Program-made: the position numbers and the translations under genes | Source: Candidatus Marinacidobacterales bacterium | Lineage (GTDB): Bacteria; Acidobacteriota; Vicinamibacteria; Marinacidobacterales; DATDRI01 | Direction of reading: 5' to 3' | Assembly: GCA_965219415.1 (NCBI GenBank) | Contig: CBDCNP010000002.1 | Span: forward strand, 5,408,001 to 5,472,000 | Length of the DNA: 64,000 bases | Shown here: one piece after another, positions 35,695 to 46,951 of the stretch | Position numbering within the stretch: the stretch's first letter is position 1 | Layout: each line of letters opens with the position of its first letter | The notes under the pieces: generated by a model | Told to the model about the DNA's origin: nothing | The model's database searches: none | The model's input: the letters and a program-made list of their open reading frames with translations, nothing else

Positions 35695-36895
35695 GGTGCT
35701 TCCGCAATTAAGTGTTGGCGGCCAGCCCCTAACCGGTCTGCGTGCTAGAGTTTGAACCAGAATTCCGAAGACACAGTTCTCTCATCGTCAGGGCCGAGCC
35801 AAAGTGAAGAATCGCAGATGTCTCAATCTCGCATGTCCGTTGCGGGGCAAAGTCAGTTCCGGAAACATCGTTCGCCACGGATTCTACCGAACCAGGTCCG
35901 GGAAACGCCGTCGATACCGGTGCGGCGAGTGCGGAAAGACGTTCTCCTCGACGAAAGGCACGCCCTACTACCGTCTCCAACATCGAAGAGCTACTTTCGA
36001 TGGGGTCATCGCTCTCAGAGTCGAGGGTGTCAGCATTTCCGCGATTTCCCGGATCAAAGGGATTGCCTGGAACACCGTCGCCCGCTGGCTCGAGAAGGCA
36101 GCCCAAGTGTGTCGTCGATTCAATCACAGAAGGATCGCTGGCTTCGCTGCCGAAGAGCTTCAAGCCGACGAGATTCGCACGTTCGCGGGCAACAAGAAGA
36201 CACCGAGTTGGGTCTTCGTTACAATCGAAGTCTGGTCTCGGCTCTGGCCATCGACGGTGACGGGAAGGCGAAGCTACCGGAACACTCACGCTCTGTTTCG
36301 CGACCTTTCGAGGCGGATGAATTTCGAGCGTCTTCCCTTGATCGTCACGGATGGATTCGAATTCTACCAGAAAGTCATCCGTCGCTTCTTCGGTCCAGCG
36401 TGTCTCTACGGCCAGGTCCTCAAGACGCGCAGGAACGATCGTATCATCAAGGTCGAACGGAGAGTGCTGCACGGAGCCGCGTGGCGATTCGAAGACGCGC
36501 TCAATAACTCCGAGGACTCTTCGACATTGAACACGTCGTTCATCGAGCGGTTGAATCTGACCATCCGGCAAAGCTCGGCATACCTTTCGAGACGAACGCT
36601 TTCCCACGCTCGCTCGACGGAGAGGCTCGATGAGCACCTGGAGTTGCTCCGTTGCTATTACAACTTCGTCCGACCGCACCGGAGCTCTGAAGTTCGGACG
36701 TGAGATCCGAACTCCGGCTATGCAAGCCGGTCTCACCACGCGACGGCTCACCTTTCGAGACATCTTCTTGGCGACGACGATTCCTTTGTGGTCGCGGATC
36801 GAGGTTTTCCTGCTCACTGGGGCGCGCAACCCGGTCTCTTCCGCACCTGTACCACTGCCCGCAGCCGCGTAGCAACACTTGATGGCGGAAGCACC
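35695..36895 (+). mobile_element. IS1-family element (Zn finger + DDE), late frameshift
   Basis: TIRs GGTGCTTCCGC / GCGGAAGCACC; CLNLAC...CGEC, QADE, VTDG and NTSFIERLNLTIR. Confidence 0.88.
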
Positions 36896-36949
36896 AACCA
36901 TCCCACAATGTCAGTGAGGTTTCTTGCCACCTGCTTCATCCACTCCCAG

Positions 36950-37355
36950 TCACCGGAGATTTCCACGTTCTCCGCTCCTGAGGTCCAGAAGCTCCACCCT
37001 TCGAAACTCGATGGGGTGACTTTTGGCCTGTAGCGCGATGTACCCCTCCTTCAGAGGAGTGTCGTCCGGCACGGTGAAATCCCCCGACATGCGCTGGCCG
37101 CCGGTCGTCGGCAAGGCGTGCTCGATCACGGTCTCCCCGTCGATGACGTGCCGGATTAGCCGGTCGCCTCGTAAACGCTATGCGGTGCTCGTCAAGACGG
37201 CACCCTTTCTTGGCGTCACCGGCAAGCTCGATGCCCGCGACAACGTCGTGCACCTCCCGACGAGCTGCGGCACGCTGCCGGTCACGTTTCGGAACACGGA
37301 TCCCAACCCGGAGGGTCTCGTAGCCGGCCGAAACTATCCGGCTCCAGTAAGGCTC
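36950..37355. pseudogene. Three abutting gene scraps (DUF1080 C-term on -, DnaE2-like OB tail on +, unknown C-term on +)
   Basis: GYIALQAKSHPIEFRRVELLDL; RYAVLVKTAPFLGVTGKLDARDNVVHL; TLPVTFRNTDPNPEGL. Confidence 0.5.
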
Positions 37356-37362
37356 GAGCGCA

Positions 37363-39510
37363 CTACTGAACGTAGCCCAACGTGCGCAGCTGCTCCATCG
37401 TTTTAGCGTCGAGCTCAGGGATGGTCGCTTCCGCTGCCACTTTGGGACGAGACAAATACTTCTGGAGAAGACCCTTCAGTCGCTCGAACTCGGGCAATCG
37501 ATCCTGCGAAAGCTCCCGCCTCCACGCGCGGCCGCGGCGGTAAGCTTGCGAACCATCATCTCTGTCCGAGCCCAGGTCGAGCAAGGAATAGGTTCCATCC
37601 GCTCGGGCGTAGAGCTTCTGGTCGCCGCTCCACGCGGCGGTTGTGCGTTCGAGTTGATACGCATCGCTCGAGTGGCTGAAAGCCACGCCGAGGCCGCCGC
37701 GGGCGCCGGTCAGCAAACCGAGCAGAGAGCGGCCGTCCATCGGTGGCGCCTCGATGTGGTTCAGATCGAGAAGAGTTGGCAGGACGTCGACGAGCTGGAC
37801 ATTCGTAGTGATGCGGGTTCCCTCGGGAAAGTGGGCCGTTCCGAAAAAGATTAGAGGCACCCGTGTTTCCGATTGCTCGAGGGTCGCACCGTGAGGGACC
37901 GAGAGACCCTCCCGGAAGTTCTCGCCGTGATCGGACGTGAAGACGACGATGGCGCGATCCACGGCACCGCTGGCTCGTAGCCCGTTCATCAGAGCGCCGA
38001 AGGCCTCGTCCACGTACCGGATCTCTCCGTCATACGCGGTGATGTCTTCGTCCGTCTGGCCATCGTCGAATAACTCGGCCCAGCCGTCGGGGTCTTCATA
38101 AGGGAGGTGCGGGTCGATGAGGTGGCCGTAGAGTAGCAAGGGCTCGTCACGGTGTCGCTCGATGGCCGACTTCAAACCGGCCTGCACGGCTGGCGCATCG
38201 GTCTGGGAAGAGCGAGTCATACTCTGATCCACTACGCGATCGAAACCGCTATGAAGGTTCGAGCTCCAACCGGCGTGCGCATTCGCGATGACACTCACCG
38301 TGACGAAGCCGGCGTTGCGGAAGAGCCGTCCCAGGCTCGGGATGCTCGTCGACAAAGCCTGGCCGTGCTCCCCGGCACGGTGGGCATCGGGCGCCAGACC
38401 GGTAAACAAAGAAGTGACCGACGGCTTGGTCCACGTAGCCTGAGAATAGCAGTTCTCGAACAAGGTGGCGCTTCGGGCGAATGCCTCGAGGTTGGGGCTG
38501 GTTGGTCTGGAATACCCATACACCGAAAGATGATCGGCCCTCAGTGTGTCCACGACGTAGACGATGACGAGGGGAGCCTCGGGTGAGTGTTCGGCCACCA
38601 GCGGTGAGCCCAGGTAGTAGATCCCATCGTCTCCGCCGACTTTCATGGTGAAGCGGAGATCGACGGAGCGGTTTTCGAATCGAGCCAGCTCGACGGTGTG
38701 GTCCGCCCATGCTTCGGTGTCGACGGGTCCTCGAAACAAGGATTCCCATACTCCGCTCGTCCGGATGTCCACATCGAGCCTCGCCGGAATGCTTGCCTCG
38801 CGGTGCGCCGTCGAGAAATGAAGTCGGCTTCGCGGCGCGAGGTCAAGGCTGAACACGAGCTCCGTGTTCCCTGCGCCGAAGACGAAGCTCGGCTGAAGTG
38901 TGTCTCCGACCACTGCATCTTCTCGGACGGGCCCCACCTGACTGTAATCGGGCTCGTACAGGAGCTCGATCTCGTGAAGCTCGAAGCGCCCGGACACGTC
39001 CATGGGCGCGAACACCAAGTGGGCAGTCGTTCGTTCGCCGCCAGATAGGTGCAAGGTTCTGACATCGATGAGATAAACATGCGTCTTTCCGTCCGTGAAA
39101 AGGCCAACCTTGCGTTGAGGCCCCGTAGAATAGATGGAAAGAAGTTCCTCCGCCCTCTCGGCCGAGCTCACGACATGGAGCAGCAGATTCGCCGGTTCTT
39201 CTTTCGCGGGTGAGGCAGCGAGCTTCACTCTGATGTAGGCCACCGAGCTCAAGTCGTAGCTTCTTTGGTTCCATAGCTTGGAGCCGCCGTGGAGGGTTCC
39301 GGCGAGGGGAATGCTACTGGTGAGGGCGACCCGCGAAGACGTTCGGATCTCGCCGCTTGCCAGGTAAGACTCGCTCCGTGTGACGACGTCCCGCGCTGGC
39401 AATTTCAAATCGGCGAGCTCGGTGAGGTGCGTTACGCTCGGCTTAGAGAGCTCGGGGGAACGGCAGGCTGATGGCAACGCGATCAAAAGAATGCCTAGCC
39501 AACGGATCAC
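37363..39510 (-). CDS. Sulfatase/alkaline-phosphatase-superfamily lipoprotein
   Basis: VVDTLRADH, SQATWTKPS, DPHLPY, YDGEI, TSDHGE and C-terminal LRTLGY; lipobox PSAC; GTG start 7 nt after TATAAT. Confidence 0.88.
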   Translation of the reverse strand: MIRWLGILLIALPSACRSPELSKPSVTHLTELADLKLPARDVVTRSESYLASGEIRTSSRVALTSSIPLAGTLHGGSKLWNQRSYDLSSVAYIRVKLAASPAKEEPANLLLHVVSSAERAEELLSIYSTGPQRKVGLFTDGKTHVYLIDVRTLHLSGGERTTAHLVFAPMDVSGRFELHEIELLYEPDYSQVGPVREDAVVGDTLQPSFVFGAGNTELVFSLDLAPRSRLHFSTAHREASIPARLDVDIRTSGVWESLFRGPVDTEAWADHTVELARFENRSVDLRFTMKVGGDDGIYYLGSPLVAEHSPEAPLVIVYVVDTLRADHLSVYGYSRPTSPNLEAFARSATLFENCYSQATWTKPSVTSLFTGLAPDAHRAGEHGQALSTSIPSLGRLFRNAGFVTVSVIANAHAGWSSNLHSGFDRVVDQSMTRSSQTDAPAVQAGLKSAIERHRDEPLLLYGHLIDPHLPYEDPDGWAELFDDGQTDEDITAYDGEIRYVDEAFGALMNGLRASGAVDRAIVVFTSDHGENFREGLSVPHGATLEQSETRVPLIFFGTAHFPEGTRITTNVQLVDVLPTLLDLNHIEAPPMDGRSLLGLLTGARGGLGVAFSHSSDAYQLERTTAAWSGDQKLYARADGTYSLLDLGSDRDDGSQAYRRGRAWRRELSQDRLPEFERLKGLLQKYLSRPKVAAEATIPELDAKTMEQLRTLGYVQ

Positions 39511-39640
39511 GCGCCGGATTATACCGCAGCCCAGAAACGCCACGCCGTGGGTGCCGGAGACACCCGCGCTGGCATCCAGGTGGGGTCAACCGAGACGGAC
39601 CGCTGATGTCAGCGTCGCGGGTGGTGGAAGGAGGGCTCTG

Positions 39641-40024
39641 CTAAAAATCAAGGAGGTAAGTGAACTTCGCGATCAGGGCGTGGTCCAATCGTGCACCGGT
39701 GATGGCATCTCGGCGCTCGTTGTAGACGAGGAAGAAATTGGACAACGGCCGGTGAATCCAGTTGAAACGAAGGTTGCTGCTCCATTCTTCGAGGACGGTG
39801 TTGTATTGAATGAGGCCATTGAGAAACATGCGGTTGCTGAAGGAGTAGTTGAACTGGCTGGTCACCAAGTGGGTGATGAAGCTTCCCTCCGCCAAATCCA
39901 CGTCATTCGTTGACCAGATGACCTGGGCGTTGAGGCTGGCGCCCAACCTGACTGTCCCTCCGACCGTCCAATCCCGCTTCGTTCCCGAGAAGAAGTCACC
40001 GTAGCCGGCCCGGAAGTTGCCCGA
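39641..40024 (-). pseudogene. Outer-membrane protein (DUF5916-like) C-terminal fragment
   Basis: NLRFNWIHRPLSNFFLVYNE...KFTYLLDF; cut by a D end. Confidence 0.65.
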
Positions 40025-40130
40025 GGAATCAACGACGGATCGAGTTTTTGCGGAGCACAGGTGTCGGGCTTCACGACGACTAGGGCATTCTTCCAATCGA
40101 ACAGCCGAGCCAGCGCCGCCATCGTGAACC

Positions 40131-40601
40131 GCGTTGCATCGCTTGTCGGACAGATCGACAGTCCCATCTCATCGGCCAGAGCTGACACCGCATACGACGC
40201 CGGCGGCGTCTATGAGGCAATCGAGAATCACAGCGCTCATCGCTCGCCGAGGGTGCTGATACCGCCGCGCAAGGGCGCCCTGCTCGCATCGGGGCCGGCG
40301 AGCAGCCGACAGCGCAATCGCAACATTGCAGCACAAGCTCGGCTCGGCAAACGAAAGTGGCACACAGAATCGGGCTACAGCAAACGGAGCAAAGTCGAGA
40401 CAACGTTCCATCGCTACAAGGCTATCGTGGGCTCAGCGATGCGAGCGAGAGGGTTGGCGGCACAGAGAGGTGAGGCAAGGATCGGGTGCAAGATTCTCAA
40501 CACCATGACGGCGCTCGGGATGCCTGATAGCGAGATGATCGGATGATGGGAGTCGGGGCCAAGCGAGCTCTCGGCCTCTATCGGAGTTGTGCACCAAGGC
40601 A
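40131..40601 (+). mobile_element. IS5-family 3' fragment
   Basis: Identical to the 3' part of the 47048-48134 element. Confidence 0.88.
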
Positions 40602-41542
40602 ACTGTTCGCTGGAAGGCGGAGGGGCTTCACACCTGAATCTCTCAAGAGCCCACGTACCGCCTCGGTGAATAGCGGGTCCCGGTCGTGGATGAGGTGCCG
40701 CTTGCCAAGGAGGAAACCATCCCACAGGTCAGTGAGGTTTCTTGCCGCCTGCTTCATCCACTCCCCGTTTGGGTCCGAGGTCATCCCACCGATGCACACG
40801 CAGCGAGTGGCGATATCGATGACAAACAGGAGATGGTAGCGGACGAGCCCGAACGGGTTCACCACCTCGACGGTGAACAGGTCTGTCGCAGCGATAGCGC
40901 CCCAATGAGCCTTGAGGAAAGTGCTCCACGACATGCTCTTGCCCCGCTCCGGAGCCGGCGCGATACCGTGCTCGGCGAGGAGCCTCTTGATGGTGTTGCG
41001 TCCGAGTTCATGTCCGAGGTTCTTGAGTGCACCCCGCAGGCGCGTATATCCCCACGTTGGGTTCTCCTGCGCCACGCGCACAATGAGCTCACGGATGTCC
41101 TTCGCCGTGGGAGGTCGGCCTGGGCTCCGGTTCTTGCTGCCATCGTACTTGGCTGCGATGAGGCAGCGGTACCAGCGCAGGAGCGTAGCGGGTGTGGCAA
41201 CCGACGCAATCTGGGCCAGCGCCTCGCGGCCTAAAGCTTGGGCCTTGACCGCGAGCCTGCGCCGGTCGTCGTCCGAGAGCCTGAGACGCTTGCCCCGAAG
41301 CCCGGCTCGGAGCACAGGGTTCTCCTCTTGCAGGTAGTCGATCACATCCTGCTGCTGGCGGTTGACCCAGCCAGCCACAACGAGCAGTAGGAATTGCACG
41401 TGGTAGGTCATCATGGGTCTGAAGATAACACCCTCGGGCCAGACGATTGTAAAGCCCACGGCCCTTGGCACGGTCGCAAACACAGACACTAAGCTGCTGA
41501 TTTATGGCCTATTTCAAAAGGGCCGAGTTTTGGCACAGGACG
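40602..41542 (-). mobile_element. Family-B rve element, left part
   Basis: MMTYHVQFLL...WGYTRLRG...LIHDRDPLF; end GGCACAGGACG. Confidence 0.88.
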
Positions 41543-43451
41543 GGGTCGGCTCTATGATGCCGAGCTGGCAAAACGTCCGATAGCTTCGAGAGTCTGCCAA
41601 GTGAAACGCCAGCTCCCGATAGCTGAACTGATTCAGCTGCTTGACCAACAACGCCCGGAGAACCTGCTCCGTGCTCATTCCCCCACGACCAACATCGCTC
41701 CCTGCCGATGGGGAGAAAGTATGCCAATCTTAGTTGGGAATTGAAACGGCTCCAAACCCCGTGGTTTGATGGGCGTTGGACAAAACAAAATCAAGCCGCG
41801 AAGAAAGGAGCCGAGATGGGAAGTCTGCTACGTTCGGTCAAGAAACGCAAGAAGTCGCGTCGTTTGGGTGAGGTCGAGATGGTGAGGCACGAGGATTACG
41901 GGGAACTCGCGCTGGACGCCAAGGTAGAGATGATCCGTTGGTTGGTCCCCCTTGGTCTAATGCACGTTCACGAGTTGCTCGACGACGAAGTGAAGGCGTT
42001 GGCGGGAGAGCGATACTCTCGCAAGGACGAGCTGGAGCGCGGTCGCCGTCCCGGAAGCAACCCGGGCACGGTAGGGCTTGGCGGCCAGCGGGTACCGATC
42101 CGTGTGCCACGGGTTCGGAGCATCGAGGGAGGAGAGATTCCGCTTCGCTGCTACGAGGCGGTGAGCCACGGCGGTGAGGTGAATGATCTTCTGCTGAAAC
42201 GAGTTCTCTACGGAATCTCTTGTCGCAACTACGAGGCGGCAGCGGAAGCGATTCCGGGCGCCATCGGGCTGTCGAGCTCAACGGTGTCCCGAGGGTTCGT
42301 GCAAGCGAGCGCTGCGAAGCTGCGGGAGATGCAGGAACGGGATCTGACCGGCGAGGATGTGGTGGCGCTGTTTCTGGATGGGAAGACATTCGCCGAGGCA
42401 ACGATGGTCGTGGCTCTGGGCATCACGCTTTGCGGGGAAAAACGCTTCTTGGGCTTCGTGGAGACGAACACGGAGAACGCGCAGGTGTTGACGCCGTTCC
42501 TGCGTTCACTGCTCGAGCGGGGACTCGATATCTCCCAGGGTCTGCTGGTGATCATCGACGGCGGCAAGGGTCTCCAAGCGGCAGTCAAGAAGGCATTCCG
42601 TAAGCGGGCCCTGATACAACGCTGCCAGTGGCACAAACGTGAAAACGTAGTGAGCTACCTGTCCAAGGGCGAGCAGGCGTCATGGCGCAAGCGGCTCCAG
42701 TGGGCCTACAACAGGCCGGAGTACGAAGAGGCCCTCACTGCGCTCGAGCAACTCCACGGTGAGTTAGAAGAGCGGAACCAATCCGCAGCTGGCAGCCTGG
42801 AGGAAGGCCTCGAGGAGACGCTGACGTTGCATCGACTCGGCGTGCACGCGGTGCTGGGCCGTTCGTTCAAGACGACGAACTGCCTTGAGTCCGTCAATGC
42901 TCTCGTCGAGGAACGCTGCGCGAAGGTCGACCACTGGAAGAACTCGAGCCAACGCCAGCGCTGGTTGGCAACGGCGCTCGTAGACATCGAACCGCGCTTG
43001 AGGAAGGTGGTGGGCTACCGCCATCTTCCCAAGCTTCGCGAAGCTCTCAAGCGGGAACTGAAGATCGAGGCGAAGACATCAACCGTATCGAAGAAGAAGG
43101 TCGCTTAAACGTGAGCCGTGGAGAGTTTCAACTAAGAATGGGCTTGACTCGATGGGGTGACCGACTTCAGGTCTTGCAGTACCAGCTCATTGAGTTTAGG
43201 ATGGGCATCGAGCAGCGACGAGATCGTTTCGAGTTCGCGTGCGTGCTCCAGCGCCAGCCAGGGCTCACGTAGGTTTGGCTGTGGGTTGATCGTTTTTCGC
43301 ATTTAGGGCTGCTCTCCTTTGGAGTTAAGTCATTTAGAATCGGATGTTTTCAACGACACGATCCTAATCGACACCCCCTCAGAAGACTAGCCCTAAATTT
43401 GCGATTTCTCCTTTTTTCTCAATCCCTTACAGGCTTCAGGACGGGTACTAG
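41543..43451 (-). mobile_element. ISNCY-like transposase N-terminus interrupted by IS256
   Basis: 43302->43151 and 41714->41543 rejoin as MRKTINPQ...GMSTEQVLRAL...SYRELAFHLADS. Confidence 0.65.
41715..43150 (+). mobile_element. IS256-family element, intact transposase (~41816-43108)
   Basis: FLDGK, IDGGKGL, QRCQWHK and TTNCLES; TSD GATGGGG(A/T). Confidence 0.9.
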
Positions 43452-43663
43452 CTAGGGTCTAGACTTCCGCTTTGGGTTGTGACGATTGGAATGGGAGTGT
43501 TGTCAATGAAGCGAATCGCTAAGTTCCAATTGGTGCTACGAGTTATAGCTTGAATCCGCCATCGCGGTCGGATACGTGGGCCTAGTTTTGGCACAGGACG
43601 GGATCGTTTCGCTAGCGATCCTGGTTGTCGCCGGGGTGCTGTGGAACGTCCAGATTCGTGGGC

Positions 43664-43748
43664 TTGTAGAAAAGCTAGGATTGCCCTATCCTAGCAGTGG
43701 GTGCGCATCGATCGCTTGCGACGGTGACGAGTACAACACCCACTGTTG
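43664..43748 (+). promoter_or_regulatory. Candidate pan-operon promoter, overlapping palindrome and leader hairpin
   Basis: TTGTAG-N17-TATCCT; GCTAGGAT-N6-ATCCTAGC; CAGTGGGTG...CACCCACTG stem. Confidence 0.45.
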
Positions 43749-43787
43749 TTCGACAATACGGACTTGATCTAAAGGACAGGTACCGCC

Positions 43788-44495
43788 ATGGAAAAGCCTA
43801 CCTATGGCCTGATCGGCCGCGGGCGTGTGGCCACCCACATGGCCCGCTACCTAGAGCTCGAAGCCCAACCATTTCTTAGCTGGCATCGTGGCGAGGGCGT
43901 GGCGCCCGAGGAGGCGTTGGCGGTCGCCGATATCATGCTTTTGGCGATAAGCGACGATGCTCTGGCGTTGTTCCTTGCCGACCACCCCGAACTCCGAAAC
44001 CGGCCGACAGTGCACTTTTCGGGAAGCCTGACCATCGAGGGTGCCCACGGCCTTCATCCGCTGATGACCTTTGGTCCCGAACCGTACAGCCTTGAGACCT
44101 ACCGGACGGCGCCCTTTGTCGTCGAAGAGGGAGGGCTCGGCTTTCACGAGGTCTTTCCGTCCCTTCGTAACCCCTCGTGGTCGATCGACCCCGAGCTCAA
44201 ACCGCTCTACCACGCGCTCTGCGTTCTCGCGGGCAACTTCACCACCATGCTGTGGGCCAAGGCCTTCGACGATTTCGAGCACCGACTGGATCTGCCGCCC
44301 GAAGTGCTCAAGCCCTACCTGGAGAGGACGAGGCTCAACATCGCCGTTTCCGGCCGTGAAGCCCTCACGGGATCGCTGGCCAGGGGAGACCGACGGACCG
44401 TCGAACGCGATCTCCGGGCCCTCGAAGGAGATCCCTACTACGAGGTCTACCGCGCGTTCATCGGTGCATTCGACGAGCAGGAGGGGGGACAATGA
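43788..44495 (+). CDS. Rossmann-like/DUF2520 protein (PanG-type ketopantoate reductase)
   Basis: GLIGRGRVA, VHFSGS, HPLMTF, LYHALCV and LARGD; translationally coupled to panB. Confidence 0.8.
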   Translation: MEKPTYGLIGRGRVATHMARYLELEAQPFLSWHRGEGVAPEEALAVADIMLLAISDDALALFLADHPELRNRPTVHFSGSLTIEGAHGLHPLMTFGPEPYSLETYRTAPFVVEEGGLGFHEVFPSLRNPSWSIDPELKPLYHALCVLAGNFTTMLWAKAFDDFEHRLDLPPEVLKPYLERTRLNIAVSGREALTGSLARGDRRTVERDLRALEGDPYYEVYRAFIGAFDEQEGGQ

Positions 44496-45280
44496 TCGTT
44501 CAGAGCTTTGTCGATAAGAAAAGGAAAGGCGTGCCCATCTCGATGGTCACCTGCTATGACAGCTGGAGTGCTGCCCTGATCGCTGAGACCGACATCGACT
44601 GCGTGCTCGTCGGCGACAGCCTGGCAATGGTGGTCTACGGCCACGACACCACCCTGCCGGTGGACATCGACACCATGGCCGCGCACACGGCCGCGGTACA
44701 TCGGGGGATGCCGAAGAAGTTCCTGATAGGAGATATGCCCTTCCTGTCTTACCGAAAGGGGCTGGAGATCGCGATGAGCAACGTCGGCAAGCTCATGAGC
44801 GCAGGCGCCAACGCAGTCAAGCTCGAGGGTGCCAACGGCAACGTCGAACTGGTGCGGCACATCGTCGAGTCTGGGATTCCGGTCATTGGACACCTCGGTC
44901 TGACCCCACAGTCGATCCATCAGTTGGGTGGATTCAAGGTCCAGGCGCGCGATGAGGAGGCGGCCGCCGCCCTGATGGAGCAGGCGCTCGCGCTCGAGCG
45001 AGCTGGGTGCTTCGCGCTGGTGCTCGAAGCGGTCCCGGCGACGGTCGGTGCCGAGGTCACCAGAGCACTGGAGATACCCACCATCGGCATCGGCGCCGGA
45101 CCCGATGTTGGTGGCCAAGTGCTGGTGCTCCAGGATCTGCTCGGTGTCAACACCGCGTTCCGACCCAAGTTCGTCCGCACCTGGATGGACGGAGCGAAGC
45201 TCATCCAGGAGGCTCTCCAGGCCTACCACAACGACGTCACCTCGGGAGCGTTCCCCAACCCTCAAGAGAGCTACAAATGA
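44492..45280 (+). CDS. panB: Ketopantoate hydroxymethyltransferase
   Basis: VLVGDSL, GDMPF, AVKLEG, GHLGLTPQS and TIGIGAG. Confidence 0.97.
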   Translation: MIVQSFVDKKRKGVPISMVTCYDSWSAALIAETDIDCVLVGDSLAMVVYGHDTTLPVDIDTMAAHTAAVHRGMPKKFLIGDMPFLSYRKGLEIAMSNVGKLMSAGANAVKLEGANGNVELVRHIVESGIPVIGHLGLTPQSIHQLGGFKVQARDEEAAAALMEQALALERAGCFALVLEAVPATVGAEVTRALEIPTIGIGAGPDVGGQVLVLQDLLGVNTAFRPKFVRTWMDGAKLIQEALQAYHNDVTSGAFPNPQESYK

Positions 45281-46041
45281 TCGAGGTGTTCCGCGACATC
45301 GCCGAGGCGCGCACGAGAATGCGCGAGGTTACCAAGGAGGGCCGATCGATCGGATTGACGCCGACCATGGGTGCGCTCCACGACGGGCATCTGAGCCTGA
45401 TCGAACGAGCGCGGAGCGAGAACGACTGCGTGGTGGTCTCGATCTTCGTCAACTCGACCCAGTACGACGACCCCGCCGACCTCGAGGCCTACCCGAGGAC
45501 TTTCGAGGCCGACCTTCAAAAGGCGGAAAGCGTCGGCGCTGATGTCGTGGTCTTTCCGAGGAGCGAAGTCGTCTATCACGACGACTACCGCTTTCGGGTC
45601 ACCGAGTCGGTCGTCAGCCGCAAGTTCGAGGGCGCCTATCGCGCTGGCCACTTCGACGGTGTGCTAACTGTGGTCCTCAAGCTCTTCGCGATCGTCCGGC
45701 CCGACCGCGCCTACTTCGGAGAGAAGGACTGGCAGCAGTATGTCCTGGTTCGCGACATGGCGGCGGCGTTCTTTCTCGACACGGAGATCGTGCCCTGTCC
45801 GGTGGTGCGCGAACCAGACGGCCTGGCGATGAGTTCACGCAACATCCGCCTCAGCGAGGACGAACGGCAGCTGGCGCCCGAGTTTTATCGCGTGCTATCG
45901 AGTGGCAAAGCTCCGGGAGCCACGCGGGAGGCGCTGGAGCGGGCCGGCTTCGGAGTTGACTATGTCGAACGTTGGGAGGGCCGCGTGCTCGGGGCGGTGC
46001 GCCTTGGAAAGGTGAGGTTGATCGACAATGTCCGGGAGTAG
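45277..46041 (+). CDS. panC: Pantoate-beta-alanine ligase
   Basis: PTMGALHDGHLSL, FGEKDWQQ, GLAMSSRN and RLIDN; ATG overlaps the panB stop. Confidence 0.97.
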   Translation: MIEVFRDIAEARTRMREVTKEGRSIGLTPTMGALHDGHLSLIERARSENDCVVVSIFVNSTQYDDPADLEAYPRTFEADLQKAESVGADVVVFPRSEVVYHDDYRFRVTESVVSRKFEGAYRAGHFDGVLTVVLKLFAIVRPDRAYFGEKDWQQYVLVRDMAAAFFLDTEIVPCPVVREPDGLAMSSRNIRLSEDERQLAPEFYRVLSSGKAPGATREALERAGFGVDYVERWEGRVLGAVRLGKVRLIDNVRE

Positions 46042-46184
46042 AATTCTGCCGCAGATCGTGGGGCCGATGACCGCCTTCAAGACGGCGGCGCTGGCGTCGT
46101 TGCTCGTCGACCAGGACTTCGAAGTGCGCCTGCGTGGCCGACTTGGTCGTCCGCAACAATGCCGGTGAGGGAGATGCCTCGTGA
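46028..46184 (+). pseudogene. coaBC: coaBC remnant with large internal deletion
   Basis: MSGSRILPQIVGPMTAFKTAAL...FEVR (CoaC-like start) is joined to ADLVVRNN (CoaB-like end); sits between panC and coaX. Confidence 0.6.
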
Positions 46185-46951
46185 AACTCAGCCTTGATGT
46201 CGGGAACTCTCAGATCTACGGCGGGATATTCGACGACAGTGGTCTTCAGTCGAGATTTCGAAAGATCACCCAGCGCGGCACCTCGTCCGACGAGCTCGGT
46301 CTCTTTTTCAGACAGGTAGTGCGCGAAAATGGGCACGATCCGGCGGCTGTGTCGGCGGTCGGATTCTGTTCGGTGGTGCCCGATCTCAACCACTCGCTGG
46401 TCAACGCCTGCCGCCGATACTTCGACCTCGAGCCCTTTATCCTTCGTGCCGGCCTCAAGATCGGCCTCAAGATCCGCTACAAAAACCCGTCCGAAGTCGG
46501 GGCCGACCGTATCGCGTGCGCCGTCGGCGCGGTCGACCGCTACCCGGGCAAGGATCTGGTCATCATCGACTTCGGCACCGCCACCACCATCGAGGCGATC
46601 AATGCCGAGCGCGAGTACCTCGGCGGCGTCATCGTTCCAGGTCTCAGCATCTCGATGCGCGCTCTCGAACAGAACACCGCCCGCCTTCCAAAGGTAGAGA
46701 TCATCCGTCCCGACCATACCTGCGGGCGTTCGACCGTCGAGAGCATCCAAGCCGGCCTCTTCTGGGGGCATTTGGGGGCGACCCGCGAGATCCGGAACCA
46801 ACTTGTTAAGGAGTGCTTTAGAGCAACCACCCCGGTGGTCGTCGGGACCGGAGGATTCGCCGGTCTCTTCGCCGAGGCCGGTATCTTCAGCGTCGTTCAC
46901 CCGGACCTCGTCCTGGAAGGGGTGCGCATTGCCCAGGAGCGCAACCAATGA
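46181..46951 (+). CDS. coaX: Type III pantothenate kinase
   Basis: LDVGNS, GADRI, IIDFGTATT, GGVIVPG and VGTGG. Confidence 0.96.
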   Translation: MKLSLDVGNSQIYGGIFDDSGLQSRFRKITQRGTSSDELGLFFRQVVRENGHDPAAVSAVGFCSVVPDLNHSLVNACRRYFDLEPFILRAGLKIGLKIRYKNPSEVGADRIACAVGAVDRYPGKDLVIIDFGTATTIEAINAEREYLGGVIVPGLSISMRALEQNTARLPKVEIIRPDHTCGRSTVESIQAGLFWGHLGATREIRNQLVKECFRATTPVVVGTGGFAGLFAEAGIFSVVHPDLVLEGVRIAQERNQ

